Origin: a virus
Lineage: Duplodnaviria; Heunggongvirae; Uroviricota; Caudoviricetes
IMG/VR virus record: IMGVR_UViG_2913177423_000001
Location: 19,415 to 83,414 of that record
Length of the DNA stretch: 64,000 nt
Direction: 5' to 3' (one strand)
Positions 7,135 through 16,237 of this stretch are shown here, in pieces (the first letter of the stretch is position 1; each line of letters opens with the position of its first letter). The position numbers and the translations under genes were made by a program. Below the pieces are notes generated by a model. That model was not told the origin of the DNA and did not search any database. It worked only from the letters and a program-made list of their open reading frames with translations.

Positions 7135-7526
7135 TGTACGAGACTACAAAATTAAGCATTCATGAAGCCACCAATATGGAGTGGAATATCGTCACCTGTA
7201 AGATTGTATCGTGTAATGCTGCGCGTACTGATGCAGGCCATAAGAGCACGATAACAGGCTACATGGTAATGGCTTATAGGGGATTGAGAGTTCGCTTTAT
7301 CTGGAAAGCTCGGCAATTGACACCATTCAGAGAGCCGTCAATGCCATTAGAGGTAGAACAGGATTATTTAAGCCTGCCGGAAATAGACGGTGCAACGCTG
7401 GTGGATTCTGATGGTCGTAAGGCTGATTTTGAAGTCAGCTTAAAGGTGGCGCAGGCCGTAATTAATAACTCACGTGGTAAGTGGATCGCTAAGGTAAAAC
7501 ACGTCGTTCGCTTATCTCGCTGGTAA
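7134..7526 (+). CDS. hypothetical protein, 130 aa
   Basis: ATGA stop-start overlap with the upstream gene; no motif recognised. Confidence 0.65.
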   Translation: MYETTKLSIHEATNMEWNIVTCKIVSCNAARTDAGHKSTITGYMVMAYRGLRVRFIWKARQLTPFREPSMPLEVEQDYLSLPEIDGATLVDSDGRKADFEVSLKVAQAVINNSRGKWIAKVKHVVRLSRW

Positions 7527-7557
7527 TGTTAGATAAATGGAATTAATTTTCTAATAT
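7526..7557. promoter_or_regulatory. overlapping inverted pair of operator-like 17-mers
   Basis: ATGTTAGATAAATGGAA (plus) overlaps the reverse complement ATATTAGAAAATTAATT. Sits between the stop at 7526 and the gene at 7635. Confidence 0.55.
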
Positions 7558-7634
7558 AGCTAACTTTTTGCCAGTCTATACAGAAATAACATTCTCATTA
7601 TCATCCCCTCGGTCATTTCCTGCCTGGGGGATTA

Positions 7635-8027
7635 ATGGAGCATATCAGCAGCGCAGAAATTGCGGATATCATGATTAGGGCTGACTGCTATCTGACAGTC
7701 ACCGAAATCACCACTCTCGCTAAAGAAAAATATCCTCACCTTCATGTTTCACGCGTAAGTGTAACCAACATCATTCGGCATTTTGTGCGGTCAAGCCGAG
7801 CTATTTGTGAGCTTGATGATCGTGTTTACCCACGGAAATACTGGTTGCATGGCCTGAACGGATATCAGTTCAAGGTGCGCGGGCGTACCCCTGAATACGG
7901 CAGTTTGCTGGTTAAAAACTGTAGCAGGAAGTCTGCCGAACTGGCGCGACAAGAGCAGCGCGAGCTGGTGGACATGGCTAATAAGCTGTGGAATGCCGCA
8001 GTTAAAAAGCGTGGTGTTGCTTTATGA
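7635..8027 (+). CDS. putative late-gene activator (positional analogue of P1 Lpa)
   Basis: Small gene directly upstream of pacA and behind an operator pair, as lpa/Op86 is in P1. Assigned by synteny only; no sequence motif recognised. Confidence 0.4.
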   Translation: MEHISSAEIADIMIRADCYLTVTEITTLAKEKYPHLHVSRVSVTNIIRHFVRSSRAICELDDRVYPRKYWLHGLNGYQFKVRGRTPEYGSLLVKNCSRKSAELARQEQRELVDMANKLWNAAVKKRGVAL

Positions 8028-9388
8028 GCCTGGTTAATTGGGAAGAGCACCGCGCCAAATTTATAGCGTTGCGTGAAGAAAAAGGGATCACCGTAAAGGA
8101 ATACTGCGAGCAACACGACCTTAGCTTCAATACCGCCAGAAAGCATCTCAATATGAAAAAAAATGAGGTGCGGTCGCAGGTGAAGACTACAAAAAAAAGC
8201 ACCAAATCACCTGAAAAAAAACGGGCAGGAAGAGCAAAAAAAAGGCCAGAAGAGGGTACAGAAACAACAAAATTTACAGAAACTGACAATTCACAGAGCG
8301 GAAGTTCTTTCCGGAGCATGCCGAGAAAGAAAACTTCGGATCATAAAAATAACGACAATAATAACAATGAGATAAAAGAATCTGTCAGGAGATCATTGCG
8401 CGAAAAAATGGCGAAAATGATCCCCGCCGAAGATAAATGCGCCTCAAAAACCGAGGGATCTTCAGCAATGATCCCTGGCGGTGCTGTGCAGCGTGCCACG
8501 TTGCCCACTACGAGTGTGGCTCGCGACATGATGAAGAACGGCGCAGAAGAGCACCTGCGGTTAGCAATTCAAATGGCGCAAGAACGCGCACTTCAGTACC
8601 AAAGCATTGTTGATCAGGAGGCCGAACGCCTACAGGCGGAGATAGACGCCCTGGGTGATGAACAGCCAGAAGGAATGCACCCTGGGCAGCGACTTCTCGG
8701 TCTAATCAGTGACGCGGCCTACTACATGAACGATTTTATCAGTAGGTTGGCAGCGATATATCAGTCCGAACAAAAGCTGCGACAGGGTGATGAAAAACTT
8801 CGTCAGGGTGCTCGCCAGCAAGCATTCAGAGAGGCCGAGGCCAGAGAAAAACTCGAATTAGCACGCCTACAGGCCGAACAGCGCGGCAAAGAGATTGAAT
8901 ATCGAATTGGCGCTGACGCACGCGCAGCCAGAGTTATCGCCGCCGCTATACGTATGCGTGAGCGCGAGGAACTGGACGATATCGGTGTTGCTGAATACAT
9001 CGAGCGTCAGGGTGTCAGTGTCCCGGCTATCCTCGCGGCGCGCGCGGCAAAAGCTATCGATCTTCTCGAACCGCCAGTTTCTGACATCAATGATGTTGAT
9101 GATGAACAGCTGGACAAAGAGGCAAGGGAGTATGCATTGCTTCAGGCAAACCATTCTCAATGGCTGGCAGAGCGCCGGGCAGATGTGGCTACCATTGTTG
9201 AAGACCTGGGGTGCGGAGATTACGACAGCAATGGCGAGCGTAAGGCTGGGGAATTCGAGGCCAACGACGAAGAGTTAGATATTGACCCTTCGGCAACGGC
9301 TGAAATTTACGGTGATTATGATGCATCAGACGTAGGGTATGACGCCGGAGATGATGATATCGCGATAGAACCTCCGGAGGACGATTAA
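8024..9388 (+). CDS. pacA: PacA-like small terminase / pac-recognition subunit
   Basis: N-terminal HTH-like segment (ITVKEYCEQHDLSFNTARKHL), Lys-rich linker and acidic tail. ATGA-type coupling on both sides; sits directly upstream of the large terminase, as in P1. Confidence 0.7.
   Translation: MSLVNWEEHRAKFIALREEKGITVKEYCEQHDLSFNTARKHLNMKKNEVRSQVKTTKKSTKSPEKKRAGRAKKRPEEGTETTKFTETDNSQSGSSFRSMPRKKTSDHKNNDNNNNEIKESVRRSLREKMAKMIPAEDKCASKTEGSSAMIPGGAVQRATLPTTSVARDMMKNGAEEHLRLAIQMAQERALQYQSIVDQEAERLQAEIDALGDEQPEGMHPGQRLLGLISDAAYYMNDFISRLAAIYQSEQKLRQGDEKLRQGARQQAFREAEAREKLELARLQAEQRGKEIEYRIGADARAARVIAAAIRMREREELDDIGVAEYIERQGVSVPAILAARAAKAIDLLEPPVSDINDVDDEQLDKEAREYALLQANHSQWLAERRADVATIVEDLGCGDYDSNGERKAGEFEANDEELDIDPSATAEIYGDYDASDVGYDAGDDDIAIEPPEDD
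8339..8473. promoter_or_regulatory. candidate pac site: cluster of five GATC (Dam) sites inside pacA
   Basis: GATC at 8339, 8391, 8419, 8457 and 8470 within 135 bp (contexts GGATCAT, AGATCAT, TGATCCC, GGATCTT, TGATCCC). P1 pac is a cluster of TGATCA/G hexamers inside pacA. Confidence 0.35.
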
Positions 9389-10896
9389 TGGCTGGCGGGC
9401 GCAAGATTAAATGCGTCACCAGCGATCCACGCTGGCGCGATTGGGTAATCAAATACCGCTACAACTTTACCAAGGCTGTTATTGATATTTTTGGATTGTT
9501 TCCCTCACCTCAGCAGCAGGAGATTATCCAGTCCGTACAGCAAAAAGGGAGCAGAACCACTGTTACCTCTGGTCACGGTACAGGGAAATCGTCGTTAACG
9601 GCTATGTTGTTGCTGATTTATTTGATTCTGTTCCCCGATGCCCGTGTCATCATTGTTGCTAACAAGATAGGCCAGGTTAAAACAGGCGTATTCAAATACG
9701 TTAAACAGTATTGGGCGAATGCAGTTAAGCGTCACGGGTGGTTACAGACCTATTTTGTCCTGTCTGACACCATGTTTTATGAACGTTCCCGCAAAGGGAT
9801 CTGGGAAGTTCTCTGCAAAGGTTATCGACTCGGTAACGAAGAAGCACTGGCGGGGGAGCACGCGGCACATTTGCTTCTAATTCTGGATGAAGCATCAGGT
9901 ATATCTGATAAAGCGATCGGCGTAATGACTGGCGCTCTGACTGAAGAAGATAACCGAATGTTGATGCTATCCCAGCCAACAAGGCCAAGTGGTTATTTCT
10001 ACGATTCGCACCATTCTCAAGCTAAAACCCCAGACAACCCGAAAGGGATCTGGACAGCAATTGTTCTTAACTCAGAAGAATCACCGTTCGTCACACCACA
10101 ATTCATCAGGCAGAAACTCCTGGAATATGGCGGTCGCGATTCTATTGAGTACATGGTTAAGGTGCTTGGTCAGTTCCCTCGGGAGATTAACGGCTATTTG
10201 CTTGGTCGTGATGAATGCGATCGCGCAGCGCGGCGCAAGGTGTTGTTGGAGAAAAACTGGGGATGGGTGGCAACAGCTGACGTTGGTAACGGGCGAGACA
10301 AGTCAGTTCTTAATATCTGTAAAGTGTCTGGTCACCGGGAAAAGCGGCGTGTTGTTAACTTTAAGATAATGGAAATGCCAGGGACTATGGACCCGCTGGC
10401 TTTTGCTGACTTTATATACAACGAATGCACGCCGGATAAATACCCGAATATTACAATCGCGGTTGACGCTGATGGTTTTGGTTCAGATACCTGTGCGCAG
10501 TTGGTGCGCCGTGGTGCTAATCCGGTACGTATTCGGTGGGGGAAACCCATGTTTTCGAACAAAGACAAGGAGCGTTTTGTTAACCAGCGTGCCTACGCAA
10601 ATATTATGGCTCGTGATGCCATAAAGTCAGGCCGTATGCGTATAGACAGTGACCCTAAAACGGCAGAGCAAGCGTCAAAAATCCCTTTTTTACTGAATGA
10701 AGAAGGGAAGATGGCGATGATGCGCAAAGAGCACATGCGGCAAAAGCTAAACATCAAATCGCCTGACCGATGGGATACCTACTGCTTCACTATGCTGGTG
10801 GACTATGTGCCTGCAAATGAAGATATCGGTGCGGAAATGGCTACCTTCCGCGACCAGGTTCTTGCAGACATAGAAATGCCGGATCTGGATATATAA
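9388..10896 (+). CDS. pacB: PacB-like large terminase subunit (ATPase plus nuclease)
   Basis: Walker A SGHGTGKSS, Walker B LLLILDEASG, 502 aa; TAATG overlap with pacA. Confidence 0.85.
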   Translation: MAGGRKIKCVTSDPRWRDWVIKYRYNFTKAVIDIFGLFPSPQQQEIIQSVQQKGSRTTVTSGHGTGKSSLTAMLLLIYLILFPDARVIIVANKIGQVKTGVFKYVKQYWANAVKRHGWLQTYFVLSDTMFYERSRKGIWEVLCKGYRLGNEEALAGEHAAHLLLILDEASGISDKAIGVMTGALTEEDNRMLMLSQPTRPSGYFYDSHHSQAKTPDNPKGIWTAIVLNSEESPFVTPQFIRQKLLEYGGRDSIEYMVKVLGQFPREINGYLLGRDECDRAARRKVLLEKNWGWVATADVGNGRDKSVLNICKVSGHREKRRVVNFKIMEMPGTMDPLAFADFIYNECTPDKYPNITIAVDADGFGSDTCAQLVRRGANPVRIRWGKPMFSNKDKERFVNQRAYANIMARDAIKSGRMRIDSDPKTAEQASKIPFLLNEEGKMAMMRKEHMRQKLNIKSPDRWDTYCFTMLVDYVPANEDIGAEMATFRDQVLADIEMPDLDI

Positions 10897-10917
10897 AGCC
10901 CCGGCGATGCGGGGCTT
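10897..10917. terminator. hairpin between convergent pacB and the repressor-position gene
   Basis: AAGCCCCG-gcgat-GCGGGGCTT. Confidence 0.6.
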
Positions 10918-10921
10918 GTGA

Positions 10922-11959
10922 TTACCAGAGTTTGGCGGCGCGCTGTGTTTGGGAGAAAGTGAACCCGTAACGTTCTTCTATGGTTTTACCGTATCTTTTA
11001 CGGGCATCTGTCAGTTTTATGCCCGTAAGGTCATCTCCGGACATCATCATTACGTCTATTAACTCCAGATCCATTTTATTCAGTCTCGCCATTGCTTCGC
11101 GCGCAGTTTGTATTTTACGCTCAATGATATGGCGAATAGCCGGATCGGCTTCTTCAAGCATTTTGGTCGATTTGTTCTTTAAGCTCTCACTGCGGATATC
11201 GATGTTCCGCAAGATGTATGACTTCGCAACATAGCTTGGTTGGTGCTTCTCCAGATCGCGAACGCGATAAAGACTAAAATCACCAATCAGGCCACAAGGT
11301 ATCGACTCGACCCCAGAATAAATAGTAATGCTGCGACGTTCGCCGACATTATTAACAACGGGTACTGTGGTATCCGGAAGTTTTGCGAAAACTAAGGCGC
11401 CATGTGCGCCGACCCTGAATCGTGACAGAGTATTGCTGTCTTCGATGTTTGTTGTCAGCACGACATCTGTATATCCCTCTTTGCGCGCCCGGTAAATTTC
11501 ACCTTCAGGTTCCGCCGCAAAAAAGCGGCGCTCTTCTTCAAGCGCCCCAACAATTTGTGAAAAAATCTTGTTTTTCAGGCTCTTCTTAATAATTGCGTCA
11601 TACTTTTTGAGCAAATTTTCGCGTGTAAATGAGCGAGTAGTAGTCGCGCTTTGCACAACAATATGCGTGCTTTGATTCGTGTCCTCTATGATGATTGGGA
11701 TCGGAGAATATACAGACTCAACAATGTTAGACGCTTTGCCGTCGGCATTACGGCACAAGTCAACAAAGGCTTTCCATTCTGCGAGGCACTTTTCAGCTTC
11801 TTCTAGTACATTCTGGTCATGCGTTAGTGCAACGTGGCGGAATTCCTCGCCAGCATAACTGGTATCATGGAAAACAGAGTTTGCGACCACCAGCTCTTTC
11901 CACCGTTCAGCGGTTTGCAGGAACCGTTTGTACTCTTTCTCGATCGACTTCTTACTCAT
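10922..11959 (-). CDS. putative immunity repressor (positional analogue of P1 C1)
   Basis: Convergent with pacB and divergent from the recombinase gene, as c1 is in P1. Three operator-like words lie in its upstream region (11972-12166). Only faint sequence resemblance to C1 as I remember it. Confidence 0.45.
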   Translation of the reverse strand: MSKKSIEKEYKRFLQTAERWKELVVANSVFHDTSYAGEEFRHVALTHDQNVLEEAEKCLAEWKAFVDLCRNADGKASNIVESVYSPIPIIIEDTNQSTHIVVQSATTTRSFTRENLLKKYDAIIKKSLKNKIFSQIVGALEEERRFFAAEPEGEIYRARKEGYTDVVLTTNIEDSNTLSRFRVGAHGALVFAKLPDTTVPVVNNVGERRSITIYSGVESIPCGLIGDFSLYRVRDLEKHQPSYVAKSYILRNIDIRSESLKNKSTKMLEEADPAIRHIIERKIQTAREAMARLNKMDLELIDVMMMSGDDLTGIKLTDARKRYGKTIEERYGFTFSQTQRAAKLW

Positions 11960-11971
11960 TATTCCTACTCG

Positions 11972-11988
11972 ATTTAGTTTTCTAACAT
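11972..11988 (-). promoter_or_regulatory. operator-like 17-mer ATGTTAGAAAACTAAAT
   Basis: 13 nt upstream of the ATG of the 345-aa minus-strand gene. Confidence 0.55.
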
Positions 11989-12060
11989 AAAATTACTATG
12001 ACAAATCTATGTCGAATAACAGGGTGAGTAAAGGATCAAGATGCGTTTTTTTATCATCAA

Positions 12061-12077
12061 ATTTAGAAAATTCTGCT
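12061..12077 (+). promoter_or_regulatory. weak operator-like word ATTTAGAAAATTCTGCT
   Basis: Shares the TTAGAAAATT core only. Confidence 0.3.
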
Positions 12078-12149
12078 TAAAAACTGCCAGGCATAACTTA
12101 AAGCCCACGCCAGCAATGCATTGCCCATCTACGCGGGAAGGAAAAAAAT

Positions 12150-12166
12150 TCCTAATTTTCTAACTT
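12150..12166 (-). promoter_or_regulatory. operator-like 17-mer AAGTTAGAAAATTAGGA overlapping the rox-like site
   Basis: Word-family member; overlaps the left arm of the recombination site by 6 nt. Confidence 0.45.
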
Positions 12167-12192
12167 TAGATAATTGGCATTATTTAAAGTTA
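12161..12192. other. rox-like recombination target (14-bp arm, 4-bp spacer, 14-bp arm)
   Basis: TAACTTTAGATAAT-TGGC-ATTATTTAAAGTTA. The arms are inverted repeats with one mismatch (G at arm position 9). Equals the reverse complement of the D6 rox site as I remember it, except for that base. Lies 150 bp upstream of the recombinase gene. Confidence 0.8.
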
Positions 12193-12201
12193 GTATATAA
12201 T
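12174..12201 (+). promoter_or_regulatory. sigma70-like promoter overlapping the rox-like site, pointing at the recombinase gene
   Basis: TTGGCA (12174-12179), 16-nt spacer, TATAAT (12196-12201). Two GATC sites follow at 12204 and 12213. Confidence 0.4.
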
Positions 12202-12344
12202 AATGATCAAACGATCAGTATTGACAGACTCAAAAAGTCATGGTTCGAATCAAGGGCTTAAATTTTAAATTCTCACGGATAACTAGCCTGTCATTTTTTG
12301 TTTTTTCGCGTAGCGACACCAATTTATAGAGGTGAAATGATTAC

Positions 12345-13373
12345 ATGAGTAAACTTATTATCTCCGGTAATCCTGGCATGTTTCTTCGTGATATTGGTGC
12401 TGAGTACCAGGAAGCCGCCAAAAATTTCATGCAGTTCCTTAATGACCAGGGCGCTTACTCACCTAATACACTGCGCGATCTGCGCCTGGTCTTTCACTCC
12501 TGGGCGCGTTGGTGCCACGCTCGTGGTCTTGCGTGGTTTCCGATCTCCCCGGAAGCTGCCCGCGAATACCTGCTTCAACTGCATGATGCGGATCTGGCTT
12601 CAACCACCATTGAAAAGCATTACGCCATGCTCAATATGCTGTTGTCACAATGCGGACTGCCGCAACTCTCTGATGACAAAAGCGTATCCCTGGCGATGCG
12701 GCGCATCCGGCGCGAAGCTGCAACCGAAAAAGGCGAACGCACAGGCCAGGCTATACCGTTGCGGTGGAATGATCTGAAATGGCTCGACGTGTTGCTGTCC
12801 CGTTCCGAGCGGCTGGTGGACCTGCGCAACCGGGCGTTTCTCTTCGTGGCATACAATACCCTGTTGCGTATGGCTGAAATGTCCCGCGTGCGTGTTCGCG
12901 ATCTGGAACAGACTGGTGACACTGTAACGCTTCACGTATCCCACACCAAAACCATCACGACCGCCGCCGGACTTGATAAGGTGCTCTCCCTCCGGACAAC
13001 TGCGGTTCTCAATGACTGGCTGGACGAGTCCGGACTACGTGATCACCCGGATGCGATACTTTTCCCGCCAGTACACCGGAGCAACAAAGCGCGGATCACC
13101 ACCACGCCACTAACCGCGCCCGCGATGGAGAAGATTTTCAGTGACGCCTGGGCGCTGCTGGGTAAGAGTGATGCCACCCCAAATAAAGGCCGTTACCGGA
13201 CGTGGACAGGCCACAGTGCGCGTGTTGGTGCCGCCATAGATATGGCTGAAAAACAGGTGTCTTTGGTTGAAATTATGCAGGAAGGTACATGGAAGAAGCC
13301 CGAAACACTGATGCGTTATCTTCGTCGTGGCGGTGTGACAGCAGGTGCCAATAGCCGCCTCATGGATTCATGA
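12345..13373 (+). CDS. dre: Cre-family tyrosine recombinase, Dre-like
   Basis: Colinear with Cre over its full length (AFLFVAYNTLLRMAE, GHSARVGAA, W...LMRYLRR with the catalytic Tyr). The sequence matches my memory of D6 Dre closely. Confidence 0.9.
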   Translation: MSKLIISGNPGMFLRDIGAEYQEAAKNFMQFLNDQGAYSPNTLRDLRLVFHSWARWCHARGLAWFPISPEAAREYLLQLHDADLASTTIEKHYAMLNMLLSQCGLPQLSDDKSVSLAMRRIRREAATEKGERTGQAIPLRWNDLKWLDVLLSRSERLVDLRNRAFLFVAYNTLLRMAEMSRVRVRDLEQTGDTVTLHVSHTKTITTAAGLDKVLSLRTTAVLNDWLDESGLRDHPDAILFPPVHRSNKARITTTPLTAPAMEKIFSDAWALLGKSDATPNKGRYRTWTGHSARVGAAIDMAEKQVSLVEIMQEGTWKKPETLMRYLRRGGVTAGANSRLMDS

Positions 13374-13390
13374 GATTAAATTTCTAACAC
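13374..13390 (-). promoter_or_regulatory. operator-like 17-mer GTGTTAGAAATTTAATC
   Basis: Starts 1 nt after the recombinase stop codon and upstream of the 13448 operon. Confidence 0.5.
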
Positions 13391-13447
13391 ACCTTTTTAG
13401 ATTGTTATCTTTGCTGTAAAGTACCCTCTCCTATTTCGGAGGGTGCT

Positions 13448-13792
13448 TTGCAGAGTCAAATCACGGAATCAAGACGCTTTAAGGTTGATGGTTACACCGT
13501 AACCTTCGCCGCTGGTGTTAAGAACAGTCATGCTGTCGTTGTATTTGGCATCATGACCGGACTTGAGGCCGTCCCTGTGTTTACCCTCGAAAAAAACTGG
13601 CGAAATCTGGAGGAAGCGGAAAGCTACGTCCGGAGAGTAACCATCGCTGCCGCCGAAAAACTCCTGTCCCACTATCAGGAAAATTATCGCACTATGGTCG
13701 AGAAGATTAATCTCGCTTTCACTCGCCCCACTACAGGCTTTATCGCCCCGGAGACTAATGCAGGTCGCTATCCTGCAAGGGGGCGTCGGTGA
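13448..13792 (+). CDS. hypothetical protein, 114 aa
   Basis: TTG start preceded by GGAGGG; first gene of a tightly packed plus-strand operon. Confidence 0.55.
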   Translation: MQSQITESRRFKVDGYTVTFAAGVKNSHAVVVFGIMTGLEAVPVFTLEKNWRNLEEAESYVRRVTIAAAEKLLSHYQENYRTMVEKINLAFTRPTTGFIAPETNAGRYPARGRR

Positions 13793-14265
13793 AAAATTAT
13801 TACCCATCTCTGAATTGTTACCCGTCTTCGTATCCGGAATTGTCCGGGAAGCTGTTAGCTCTATTGGCTAAATCACCAACTGAATGGTTTAGGCCAGTCG
13901 TTATCAATCCGCACTTCCTGGATTACGGATCTGTTCGCACTCGTAACGAACTCAAAAACCTGCTGGCGCATGGATTCATTCGACATCGCGCCGGGAAAGG
14001 CTATCAGTTAGCGATTGCGCCAGAAGAGGCCGTGCGGCTATTCGCATATCGTGACAGCCAGACAAAAGCGCGGGTAATAGCTCAAATACTTCATAACGGC
14101 AGCACCTATGCCCGCCAGTTTGGCGGCGACACGTCGCAGTTCTTGCGGGCTGTGCGATCGCTGGAAGAACAAGGAGTTATTGAAAGTTCCTGTCTTCCTG
14201 TTCCTACCGTTCCACATATCAAACGTCGGGTTTACACCTTCACGCAGAGAGCAAAAAAACAATGA
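13789..14265 (+). CDS. hypothetical protein, possibly winged-helix DNA binding
   Basis: GTGA overlap with the upstream gene; two segments look wHTH-like (weak). Confidence 0.55.
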   Translation: MKNYYPSLNCYPSSYPELSGKLLALLAKSPTEWFRPVVINPHFLDYGSVRTRNELKNLLAHGFIRHRAGKGYQLAIAPEEAVRLFAYRDSQTKARVIAQILHNGSTYARQFGGDTSQFLRAVRSLEEQGVIESSCLPVPTVPHIKRRVYTFTQRAKKQ

Positions 14266-14756
14266 TTTACGTAAAAGTGAAACGCCTACATCCGGCAGCG
14301 AAACTTCCAGCTTATGCCACTGCCGGATCGGCGGCGATGGATTTTGAGGCTGTTGAAATAACACCGTGCGTCGATAGCAATGGTGCAATTTCCTCAAGCT
14401 GGTGGGTGCATACCGGGCTGGCTATGGAGATCCCGCCCGGCTGGTGTCTGAAACTCTATCCGCGTTCCGGATTGGGCTGCAAAAAACATACTCGCCTGGC
14501 TAACTGTGTAGGAATTATCGACTCCGATTATCGCGGTGAAATCATGGCAAAACTGATTACTGATCCCGGCGGTGAAGGCGTTTGCCTCAAGCCAGGAATG
14601 GCGGTCATGCAAGGCATTTTTGAGCGTGTTGAACAAGTCTCTCTTGTCGAAGTTGAGGAACTCAACGAAACGGAACGTGGTGCTGGTGGCTTTGGTAGCA
14701 CATCAGAAGGCCGCTTTGAAATTAAGCGTTCACCGCTTCAGTACGAAAAGTTATAA
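14262..14756 (+). CDS. dut: dUTPase (trimeric Dut family)
   Basis: Motifs AGSAAMD, GIIDSDYRGE and RGAGGFGST. Confidence 0.85.
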   Translation: MIYVKVKRLHPAAKLPAYATAGSAAMDFEAVEITPCVDSNGAISSSWWVHTGLAMEIPPGWCLKLYPRSGLGCKKHTRLANCVGIIDSDYRGEIMAKLITDPGGEGVCLKPGMAVMQGIFERVEQVSLVEVEELNETERGAGGFGSTSEGRFEIKRSPLQYEKL

Positions 14757-14770
14757 GCAGAGGGACAACT

Positions 14771-15457
14771 ATGAAGGAAAAGCTTTTGAAGACGCTCCCT
14801 GAGTACAAATACCACGGAACCATTCGCGCATCGAAAATCAAAAAGATCAAGCCTATTGGCGGATTAATTCCTCTCTGGGGTGATATTGAGGTCACCGAAC
14901 CAAAAGGGGTAACGATTCGTGTTGATTTAATGTTTTTACAAAAATACCGACCACAAATTGGCGGGTATTTGGTCGTTCATGAGGACGGATATTTGTCCTA
15001 TTTATCAGAAAAAACATTTAAAGAGGGCTTTAGTCGAATTGATGACATCTCAGAAAATGAAACAACAGTCATCATTGCCGATGACAAAGGCATGATGATT
15101 AATCTTGCCGGGATCGTATCTATTTATGCTGATGACATCACTAACCAACAAGAAGAAATCGACCTTGAGGCAGCCGACTTTTCTGACGCGCTGATGTGGC
15201 TGAAGGATGGCAAGAAAGTTGCTCGACGCGGGTGGAACGGCGAAAACCAATTCTGCTGGCTGGTTCCTGACAAACAGGGCGCTTCAAGACTAACCCCTAT
15301 AAAACATGCCGCAAGCGGAGAGCTTGAAATCAATTTCGGCTCGCCCCTTGCTCCTTATGGAGAGCATTTCACTTTGAAAAATGCACAAGGTGTCTTTCTT
15401 CCGTGGCTACCTTCTGTCGGCGACCTGCTGGCATGTGACTGGTTTGTAGTGGAGTGA
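14771..15457 (+). CDS. two-domain protein with C-terminal DUF2829 (Tad2-like) module
   Basis: C-terminal FSDALMWLKDGKKVARRGWNGENQF...PWLPSVGDLLACDWFVVE is a textbook DUF2829 pattern; the N-terminal ~135 aa is unrecognised. Confidence 0.8.
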   Translation: MKEKLLKTLPEYKYHGTIRASKIKKIKPIGGLIPLWGDIEVTEPKGVTIRVDLMFLQKYRPQIGGYLVVHEDGYLSYLSEKTFKEGFSRIDDISENETTVIIADDKGMMINLAGIVSIYADDITNQQEEIDLEAADFSDALMWLKDGKKVARRGWNGENQFCWLVPDKQGASRLTPIKHAASGELEINFGSPLAPYGEHFTLKNAQGVFLPWLPSVGDLLACDWFVVE

Positions 15458-15463
15458 TTTGAC

Positions 15464-16237
15464 ATGGAAAGCACCAAAACAACTCAATACCGCTTGCGTA
15501 ATGGCCTGCTGGTGGCTGTTAACGCCGACATGTCACTGCCGTTTGACACGATAGAACGCACTATCATGACGTATCTCGGCTTTAATGAAGAGCTGAATGA
15601 AGAGCATGGCGTAGCTATATGGAGTGATGCAGACAGCGGCGTTCGTCGTTACATCACTGCCAGAGGCAAAGACTACTCTCTGGAAGAACTGTTTACCCTT
15701 GCGCAGTCTTTCGAATGTGTAGCATTGGACCTGTTTAATGATCCTGCTATAGCGCAACGACTTATCCGCGAGCTTGGGCTGTCGGTTACCCCAATTATCT
15801 TTAAAAATGGCAGCCTGACTGGCACATGGCGCGTAGAGCGCATCTCAAACTACCTTCCATATAACCGCCAGTTAAACGGGGTAATTTCCGGCGTCAATCA
15901 GCCTGTAGCGTGTGAAAACGCAAACCTGGTTGTCGCTGTTTTGGCAACTGCATGTCGCGTTATTGGTTTGACTAAACAGGCATTTATCCATTTTCCCAAT
16001 GGTGCAGAAGGTGGCGTAGAAATTATCGCGTGTGATTTCGAATTTACCTGGATGCTTCGTGAATATCTGGACCGAACAGTGTTCCGCGCCGAAGAACTGG
16101 ATCTGTATATCACGTCAACGATTCCTGATGATGTGCGAGCTGAAGCAATCGCTACAGCCAGAGCGAAATGCCGTGCGTCGATTGCAGAACAAGCCAAAGA
16201 AGAAGTTACAGTTAAGGAAGTGGCAGATGGTAACTAA
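15464..16237 (+). CDS. hypothetical protein, 257 aa
   Basis: ATG ORF in the operon; its 3' end overlaps the next gene's ATG at 16227. Confidence 0.65.
   Translation: MESTKTTQYRLRNGLLVAVNADMSLPFDTIERTIMTYLGFNEELNEEHGVAIWSDADSGVRRYITARGKDYSLEELFTLAQSFECVALDLFNDPAIAQRLIRELGLSVTPIIFKNGSLTGTWRVERISNYLPYNRQLNGVISGVNQPVACENANLVVAVLATACRVIGLTKQAFIHFPNGAEGGVEIIACDFEFTWMLREYLDRTVFRAEELDLYITSTIPDDVRAEAIATARAKCRASIAEQAKEEVTVKEVADGN

Noticed and set aside
8803-9452. Alternative-frame and antisense ORFs inside pacA/pacB (8803..9000, 8867..9160, 8895..9278, 9189..9452). Similar internal ORFs occur inside dre (12388..12777, 12620..12944), the head-like gene (46302..46682, 46803..47297) and the tape measure (56219..56665, 56924..57301, 58340..58792)
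   Set aside because: They lie entirely within longer ORFs that have recognisable motifs or strong operon context. Their compositions are typical of off-frame translation.
11960-12345. Search for a coi-like small gene upstream of the repressor-position gene (as in P1)
   Set aside because: The only minus-strand ORF is a 21-codon one without an RBS. The region is better explained by operators, the rox-like site and promoters.
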